DNA from: Neophaeotheca triangularis
Lineage: Eukaryota
Assembly (NCBI GenBank): GCA_054600435.1
Contig: BAAIJX010000085.1
Span: forward strand, 1 to 60,932
DNA length: 60,932 bases
Reading direction: 5' to 3'
The notes beneath the pieces were generated by a model. It had not been told where the DNA came from. It ran no database searches and saw only the letters and a list, made by a program, of their open reading frames with translations. The translations under genes and the position numbers were made by a program. Below, piece after piece: positions 53,405 to 60,932 of the stretch. Every line of letters begins with the position of its first letter. Position 1 is the stretch's first letter.

Positions 53405-54584
53405 TCAAGCCTTGAGCCGCTCAGTTTGCATATCCTCTTGCGCGTCTTTTAGCAGAAAGCTGTACATCGTTTGTTAGCAAGTTTCTCTCGTTCAAACACA
53501 TCCCCAGCTTTTATAAGTACTCACTTATACCACCAAATTGTCGGCCCAACCGTACCCAAATGCCAGAGAGCATGCGCATCCAACATCCCCCACCAAGGCG
53601 GAAAATCAAAAAGTTCCAAACTCATCGCCAGCACAATCCAAGCCACGATCAACCCAGGCCAAGCCGCCCATATCCTCCCCAACTTCCTATACCGCGTGAC
53701 GGAAAAGTACGTCCACAACACATTCTGCAACAACCCCACAACCACGTTCGCGGCCATATTATAGGTATAATCAAACCTCACCAACCCCAAAAACCCCACA
53801 TGCAGCGCATACGCCGCCAGACAAACCCCCATCCACCAACGCCTCACCGTCCCCGCCTTCCCACCGAATCCCTCCTCCCGATCCAACCTGAAAACCCTCA
53901 CAACGGCGAAAAACAACCCATACATCACACTTGCTCCCGCGGCGAAATAATCCAGCTTCTCCGTAACCCCGAAATCCCGGGCATGAAACACCATACTAGC
54001 CACCCAGCTCAGCAACCCACAATACCCAAAACCCAGATAATACCGCCTCAGGCCATAACTAGCGGGGACTTTCTGCTTGAGTTGCGAAATCCCCCAGTCG
54101 TGGGCGAGGTAGTTTAGCAGGCTGAAGAGGACGCTGAAGGGTTCTTGGAGGCCGAGGAAGCGCTGGAAGGGCCATTTGCCGTGGTATTGTTGGATCGGGG
54201 CTAGGTAGGGTGGGTCTCGGGATAGGCGGGCGTCGGTGGTGATGTGTTGGCAGGTGTAGTCGCATTCGCTGGGGCAGGTCCAGAGGAGAATGCGGTGGTG
54301 GAGGGGGATTGGGGGGCCGGATGAGTGGCAGTTGGTGGTTAGGCAGTCCTTGGTTGGTTAGTGGGGGGTGCTTTTCTCGGTTATTGTTCTACGAGACTCC
54401 CTTGTCGTCTGTTTGTTCGTTTCTTGGGGGAGAGGGGGGGGTTCAAGGGTTGTTCACTTACTTGTACGCATGCTTTGAACTCGGGGAGCCGGTCGCCGAT
54501 GGATGCGAGGCCATGATCGGGGAAGACAGATGTGAGAAGGGCGAGGGGAAACAGGCAGTGCCTGGTGAAGAGGTAGAGGCGCAT
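53405..54584 (-). CDS. per1: Per1/PGAP3 GPI-anchor lipid remodelling protein, 3 exons
   Basis: Exons 54584-54462, 54348-53525, 53459-53405; ASIGDRLPEFKAC, LLWTCPSECDYTCQ, QYHGKWPF, FHARD..TEKLDYF, LELFDFPP..LDAHALWH. Confidence 0.93.
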
Positions 54585-55008
54585 TGTGGAGGAAGAGGTG
54601 GGAGGGGACGGGAGGCTCAGGCAAAGTTGTCGAGGGCTCGAGGCATTGGCTTCCAAAGCTTCGGCTTGCAAGCCGAGGTTGGGGTCCGCAATCGCAATCG
54701 CAATCAATGCGTGGACGGACCACTTGTGGTATCCTTGGCAAGGCGAGCTTCAGTCTTCACTTGCGCCATGGGTGTTTCTGCCTTCCTATTCCTTTAGATA
54801 ACTTCACTCTTTACTTCATCTCGACGAGATTGTGATAACAACTACATCACCAACATTATCCAGGTAGTTAGAAACCCTTCAACAACACATCTCCAAAAGA
54901 ACACCATTCAACATCAAGTTCACCCTCAATCATCGCTCAGGTAGCAACATCCACATCTTCTCACTCATAAGATTTCCAGCTCTCATACTTCACAGCGCGC
55001 ACTTGACC

Positions 55009-57399
55009 ATGGTTCCACGCTCTTCTCAGCGGCAAACTTCGCGCAAACATTACACATTGGACCCCTTCGAAGGCGTGGATGCGCTCCAAGACGCCCAAGA
55101 CGGACCGGAACCGAGTTATATGCCAGTTCATCGCAGACAGAGTGATGGTGACAGCGCCGATGACTTTGATATCGAGGCCGAGCCCCCAGTCGATGAGAAC
55201 GAAGACCGGATGGAACTAGCTGGGAACGCATCTGAGGTCAATTCACCACAAGGCGAGCATCAGCTGGACGAAGACCTTGACGAGCTGGACGCTCGACCCA
55301 CTTCATCACGTGAACACAAGAGGAAACACTCTGATGACCCCGACAGGCTCTACACCAATCCCATGCCGGAAGGTTTGAAAGCCAGTACCGCAAAGAGTGC
55401 TAGAGCCCTTTTTTACTTTGGTCCTAGCCATGCCGAGCTAGATCCTGTCAACGATGCGAGACATCAATGGACCTACGAAGCTACTTTGCCCAGCCGTCAA
55501 ACGGATGAGAATGGTTTCGGCGGGTATCACGAGAGCTATTTCTTTACAGAAGATGAAAGGAAGGCACGTGCCGAAGAGGCGTGGCGGTGGTATCGGCGGG
55601 AGGGTGGCAAACCCCTGTTCGAAGAGAGCCAACGTGTGACTCCGATAGAGGTCGAAGAATCCAAAGAGTACCTACCTACCGACGACGCGGCGACTCGAAC
55701 CGTTCTCATGGGACCGCACAAGGAGCCTCGATTCTCCAGCCTTGCTCCGCGCACCGCTATGCCGTTGCCTGACGCATGGCGAACCTACAACTCCCACGAT
55801 GGCACACCCTACCCTTTGCGTAAAGGCTACAAGGCTGGGTTCCTATTGAACCTTGGCGCGAAGATACAAAGTATCGACTGGGCACCGAACCAGAATGGAC
55901 TCGATCAGTATCTGGCCGTCTCTGTTTTGCCTCCGCGTGGAAACGAGAATGAGTCTGGAAGAGCACCTGGAGCTCCAGCATTCACTCCACAACCGGCATA
56001 CAAGTCGAGCATCCAAATTTGGAGATTCAACGCTACAGAAGATTATTACGTCGACACCGATACCATTCCCGCTCTCAAAACTCTACTCTGTACGAGCTGG
56101 GGTGACGTCAAAGCACTGAAATGGTGCCCTGTGCCGTTCCCGGCAGCAGACGACGGAGAAAATTCTGGTCTAGGCCTACTTGCAGGTCTTTGGTCTGATG
56201 GCGCCGTACGAATCCTCAGTATATCCAAGCCGTCCTCAACAGACGACACCGAAACACATCTAGTCACGCACGCGGCCTTTGAAGCACGTCCACCAAACAC
56301 AGTCTGCACGACTCTGACCTGGATAACCCCAACACGCATGGCAGCGGGCTGCGCGAACGGCTACCTCGCAGTCTGGGACCTGCCCTCTATACCTCCTCCC
56401 GGCGACCCAACACACCCTTCAAACCCGCGACCTAAAATCTACATCCCCATCGCCCCGACCTACATCCTTGCCCTCACCTCCCTCCAACCATCCCGCCCCA
56501 ACTTCATAGCCGCAACATCTCAATCAGGAATCTTAACACTCACGGACCTGAGCTCCCCACACCCCTCCTCCCCTGCCTCCACTATCCCCTCACGTCGCCA
56601 ACGCTTAGGTCAAAGTCTCCTAGCCTGGAACGACTTCTCCCAATGCTTGCTCAGCGCTGAAGATACTCTATACCAGAAAGCCTGGCCACTGCGACGGGTA
56701 TTTGCGACTGTTACGATTGGGAAGTACTCCAGCCTGCCAACGGTCTTTGCCACGAGCCCAGTGCATCCTTTCTTACTATCGGGTACTGCCGGTGGGGAGG
56801 TCCTAGTCAACAACCCCATGCGGAGAGTCGCCGATGGCCGGGCGGGACTTTGGGTGCAGACGTGGTTCGCACATGAATGGCGGAGGGGCAAGGCAAACAC
56901 GAACGAAGAGAGCGGTTCGGAAAATGGACACGGATCCGCCAGTAATGCCACCTCCAACACCAGCTTCGGAAGTTCCGAAGAAGGCCTCACGAAGATCACC
57001 GAAGGTTTTAGCGTGACCAAAATCGACTTGCGGACTGAAGTCGACGAAACGCCGGCGATGAAGGACATCAAAGTCAGGAGATACAAGAAAAAAGCCAAGC
57101 CCGCCGTCCCAGAAAACCCTGACATCCCCAACTCAAACAACCAGACCAACGACCCAAACACCCCCGCCATCGCCACAGCTAGTCCAAAATCCCGCATCGG
57201 CAACAAAAACACCGCGAACAATACTTCTGCCAAAACCCGAACCCCTTACAACGGCACCAGTAACGTCGCTGTCACGACTGTGCATGAGTCTCGCACGGCT
57301 GTGACGGCGCTGGCTTGGAACCCAAATTTAAAGGTTGGGGGTTGGGCCGCGGCCGGGTTGGCGGATGGGCTGCTTAGGGTTGAGGATTTGGGGACGTGA
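55009..57399 (+). CDS. WD40-like protein, probable RNA Pol III factor TFIIIC subunit Tfc6
   Basis: Acidic N-terminus, IDWAPN..QYLAVS, SIQIW, LKWCP, AGCANGYLAVW, C-terminal WNPN...WAAAGLADGLLRVEDL. Confidence 0.78.
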   Translation: MVPRSSQRQTSRKHYTLDPFEGVDALQDAQDGPEPSYMPVHRRQSDGDSADDFDIEAEPPVDENEDRMELAGNASEVNSPQGEHQLDEDLDELDARPTSSREHKRKHSDDPDRLYTNPMPEGLKASTAKSARALFYFGPSHAELDPVNDARHQWTYEATLPSRQTDENGFGGYHESYFFTEDERKARAEEAWRWYRREGGKPLFEESQRVTPIEVEESKEYLPTDDAATRTVLMGPHKEPRFSSLAPRTAMPLPDAWRTYNSHDGTPYPLRKGYKAGFLLNLGAKIQSIDWAPNQNGLDQYLAVSVLPPRGNENESGRAPGAPAFTPQPAYKSSIQIWRFNATEDYYVDTDTIPALKTLLCTSWGDVKALKWCPVPFPAADDGENSGLGLLAGLWSDGAVRILSISKPSSTDDTETHLVTHAAFEARPPNTVCTTLTWITPTRMAAGCANGYLAVWDLPSIPPPGDPTHPSNPRPKIYIPIAPTYILALTSLQPSRPNFIAATSQSGILTLTDLSSPHPSSPASTIPSRRQRLGQSLLAWNDFSQCLLSAEDTLYQKAWPLRRVFATVTIGKYSSLPTVFATSPVHPFLLSGTAGGEVLVNNPMRRVADGRAGLWVQTWFAHEWRRGKANTNEESGSENGHGSASNATSNTSFGSSEEGLTKITEGFSVTKIDLRTEVDETPAMKDIKVRRYKKKAKPAVPENPDIPNSNNQTNDPNTPAIATASPKSRIGNKNTANNTSAKTRTPYNGTSNVAVTTVHESRTAVTALAWNPNLKVGGWAAAGLADGLLRVEDLGT

Positions 57400-58387
57400 T
57401 GTCGGGGATTGTGGGTTGGGGAAAGAAGTTGGGGATTGATTGGGGGAGGAATGGGCGGAGAGGGGTTTTGCTAGGGTGAGTGCTTGAGATGAGCTCGCCG
57501 GGAGGGATGAAGCAGGGGTGAGGTGGGGTTTGATGAGGCGGGAGTGAAAATATCGAAAGAAGATGCGAGGAAAGAGGACAAAATTAGGTATCGATTACGA
57601 GAAGGAAAGAGAAGCTGAGATTACCAGCCGCAGCAGCCATTTCCATCCGGCGCAAGCACCAAAGCAACCCTTCCAAAATCAATGCAGAAAGCAACTGACT
57701 AGCACCGCATCAACTATGCTCGCGTCCCACCCTTCTTCGAGCCTGCACTGCACTTCTGCAAACCTGCCATGGCGACTCGAAAGGCGCAAGCGACGGGGCG
57801 GGCACCGTTGCCTCTCCAAATGGCAGCGAAGACACTGGAGACCATGAAGGAGCGGTAACCGGCAATTGCGCGAGGGCCTAGTAAGGCGGCTAGAGCAGAA
57901 GACCAGCATTTGCTCTTTCGAAGTAGTCCCATGGGTCATTCCGTCTAAGGCCAAAAAGGCGATGGCCACACGTACGTATCTTTAATCTCTGAGCGCGATG
58001 CTACCACTCGAACGCCATGATAAGAGCAGCAAAACCTCAGTAAGATACAGAGAACTTTCTGCGCGGTCTCGAGTCTACGAGTCTGGCGTATGTTGTCTTG
58101 AAACCGTGAAACATGGAAGACCAAGGGAGTCCAGAGCTTTTGAGACTCCTACTTGACCGTGTATGCGTGTGTCACGATCGAGAGCACCGCTGGTACCGAC
58201 TCAGGGGTAAACTGACAGCGACTCATCATGGCGGCTGAAGGTTTTACTCGCCGGGATAATTGTCATGCGAGAAAGACGCTGCGACGGAGAGGGACCGGTG
58301 TGAAATTCCTCGTAGAGCACTACTTTAAAATGCGAACGCGGTTTTGGATTGCTCGTCATGAGTCTTCTCACCATCTTTCCCAGCACC

Positions 58388-59146
58388 TTACGCCATCACG
58401 ACAATACCGAGCAGTGCTAGAGCACCCGTCCCCGTAAAAAAGGTAGTATAAAGCGAGGGCTGCGCGGCCATCCCAGCACCGCTCTCGGAATCATCTTCGG
58501 AAGCATTCGAGTCCTCGTCATCTTCCTCACTCTCCTCCTCACCTTCACCACTAGCCGCATCAGCCGCCAGTGTCGCACCCCCTGCCGCGGTCGTCGAAGC
58601 GGGCAAACTCCCACTAGCAGCGGGTGCAACAGTAGCCGCACCCCCACCAGCATCGCCCGTCGTAGTCGCACCACCGCCAACCGTCACAGCCGTACCATTA
58701 ACATCCAAAGCAAAAGCCCCAACCGGCCCGCCATCAGTGCCCTCCTCCCGCAGCGCAGGCAAAATACTGGAAGAAAACACGGCATTCACAGTCTCGACGC
58801 CACCATACGAGTACACAGTCAGCGCCGCGGCATTGCCCTTGGCGCTGAAAACGTTGCAAACGACGGCCCATTGCTGGTACCACTCTAAACTGTTTTCGCT
58901 CAGGCCGTCTTCGTCGCATGAGACGCAGCTCAGGAGGTTGCCGTAGCGGCTCCAGGGGGTTCCGAGGTCGCTGTGGCAGTGGCATGCCGGGGGTGATTCG
59001 TCCGAGTGGAAAAAGGTGTTGCAGGATCTAGCGAATAGGTCCCAGCTGAGGCAGCCTTCGATGCAGTTTGTTGTGTTTTGGGTGAGGGTCGGTTTGAGGA
59101 GGGTGAGCACCAGGGTTGCGAGGAGTGTGAGGTGGCGGGTGGTCAT
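58388..59146 (-). CDS. Predicted GPI-anchored cell-surface protein with 8-Cys N-terminal domain
   Basis: Signal peptide from ATG 59146, eight Cys, A/T/G-rich stalk, acidic patch, SGAG omega-like region and hydrophobic C-terminus. Confidence 0.8.
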   Translation of the reverse strand: MTTRHLTLLATLVLTLLKPTLTQNTTNCIEGCLSWDLFARSCNTFFHSDESPPACHCHSDLGTPWSRYGNLLSCVSCDEDGLSENSLEWYQQWAVVCNVFSAKGNAAALTVYSYGGVETVNAVFSSSILPALREEGTDGGPVGAFALDVNGTAVTVGGGATTTGDAGGGAATVAPAASGSLPASTTAAGGATLAADAASGEGEEESEEDDEDSNASEDDSESGAGMAAQPSLYTTFFTGTGALALLGIVVMA

Positions 59147-60724
59147 GGTGGGTGCTGGACAAGGGTGAGATATTGATACGTGTGAAAGGAAATGGTTGTT
59201 TGGAGAGGTGTTCGGGGTGGGTCTCTGGAGTTTGCTGTAGGGGAGGGTCGCTCTTCGCAAATAGTGATCAAGACTCTGGACCTATCTCTATCTTATACTT
59301 GGGGGTCATCCCATTTTATGCAAGTAAGCAGCAAAATCCTTTTGAGGCTGAGCAGCTTCTCTATCTTGATTCGGCTGCTGACCGACCCCGATCCCTACCT
59401 CGTCCAAGGCCGTGTTTTTGTGTGTGAGCCAACGGTATGGGTCGGAGAATCCTTTGTACATACATACTTTACCCGTTGTGTCGACTTGGACTCCTTTTGG
59501 AGATGCATAAGCGACTTGGCATGTACCTAAGGTTGTTTAACCGATCAAGCTCAGCAATCATTCGCTTATATACCTCCTATGTACGAACTTGGCAGTCACC
59601 TCATGCACGTGCCTTGCGCTGCAAATCTCATGGGATGCCTACGCAAACATTGTTTCACACGCCAGGCCTTTGAAATATTGGGAGAAGGCTGTACACGCAA
59701 AGGCTGTCCTGCGATCAGGATATTCGAGCAACAATTTAATGTGTTGACACACCTACGGAGCGGTCAAGCAGCATTGAGTATAGAAACAAAAGAGACCACT
59801 CCGCCCTAAGGGTCATGTAGGGGGAAGGTAATAGTAGCTGTAGCGTGAATAACCTTAGAAGATGGCCGTCAATTGAAAGCATAATCCTCCCTCTACCTTG
59901 GACTATCTTGTAAGACAGAGAGTTTGGTCGCACCAAGAAGATAATAATCAGGACACTCGTCTCGAAAGCCATGGCATGATAGTCTTGCTGCTCCCCCAAG
60001 CAGAGCAGGCGGTACACTACCCGGGATCGTCGACCATCACCTTCGAGGTGTAAGGGGTCTTGCGACGAGCCTCGACTAAAGACATCTCCCTAGCAAAGCT
60101 CCACTTTCACTCGCGAGTGGGCGGTTTGGTCCCGTGGGAGTAGCTGCGATCCCGTTTCGTATCGAGCGTGGCGCTTCTGCTTGCTCAATTCGTCCTGATG
60201 CCTGAACTCGGGAGGAATGCACCAACCCAGGCTACTGAGCATTGGAGTTTCATTCCAAGCATGTCAATGGACTTTCGACTTGCGGCGATGCAAGAGCTGC
60301 GGGAGTACGACGTCCAGCGGCCGCTTTCGAAGACCATATAGACGGCCTATGTGGTGACACTTACGCCGCCAACGAAACTTGTCTCGGGACCGCTCTGTGT
60401 GTGTGTCGAATTGACGGGCTTATATCAAGGTGAATGGCGGCGTATTCAACGCCCTTTGTGCTCCATGGAGCCTTCAACGCTCTCGAAGGCTGGGTCGCCG
60501 GATGGCAGATCAGCGCATCGGAGTTTCCAAGGCGTTATTCATTCTTCGTACGTCGACAGAACTGAAGCCGTTCAGCGACAGCCACAATGGACCTCCGCAT
60601 CTAATCTAACAAGGTCCATGGACAAAAAAGGCTCGATAATTCTACCCGTGCTGGTCGAGCGGTGTCAAGCTCCTATGCCCGATTTCTCGACCTTGTTCTG
60701 TCTTTCTTTTTCATTTCTGCTTTA

Positions 60725-60932
60725 TCACGGGGGCTCGAACTTTCCATCAGCTCTGCAAGGACTTCCAAGTTGAGTCGGTGATGCAAGCATATCGTGGCCA
60801 AATTCCTGCTCTCTGATGACCCACTCTCGTGAGCTTTTGGCTAAAGCCGGATCACCGATACTAAGTCGATTGACCAGGTCTTCAAGCAATGCATCCATCA
60901 CGGTCAGCCATAGCAGCGCCCCCAAAAGTCAG
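60725..60932 (-). CDS. Possible 3' end of a gene extending beyond the window
   Basis: Frame is open to the window edge (LLGALLWLTVMDALLEDLVNRL...); no family recognised. Confidence 0.25.

Noticed and set aside
53405..59146. Functional link between per1 and the nearby GPI-anchored protein
   Set aside because: Separated by a housekeeping gene; per1 acts on GPI proteins generally, so proximity is likely coincidental.

Overview
Fungal (Pezizomycotina; taxon inferred from gene content and GT..CTRAC..YAG introns) nuclear window with about 22 protein-coding genes. No tRNA, rRNA, CRISPR or intact transposon was recognised. Housekeeping genes include pfkA, nse1, did2, a Ca2+/H+ exchanger, rtf2, a PHD protein, per1, a TFIIIC tfc6-like subunit and an rds1-like protein. 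Two metabolic mini-clusters are embedded among them. (1) A candidate sugar-diacid (glucarate-type) catabolic cluster at 24.6-32.1 kb: a YdfG/YMR226C-type 3-hydroxyacid SDR, a DHDPS-family aldolase/dehydratase, an intronless bacterial-type glucarate dehydratase and an ACS-family MFS transporter. All three of its promoter regions carry the 10-mer GTCGGAAAAG. (2) A divergent choline oxidase / betaine aldehyde dehydrogenase pair at 35.8-40.4 kb; both proteins end in PTS1 peroxisomal signals. Also notable are an orphan protein with a hidden ~125-aa tandem domain repeat and strong blockwise C/G strand-skew switching inside coding sequences.
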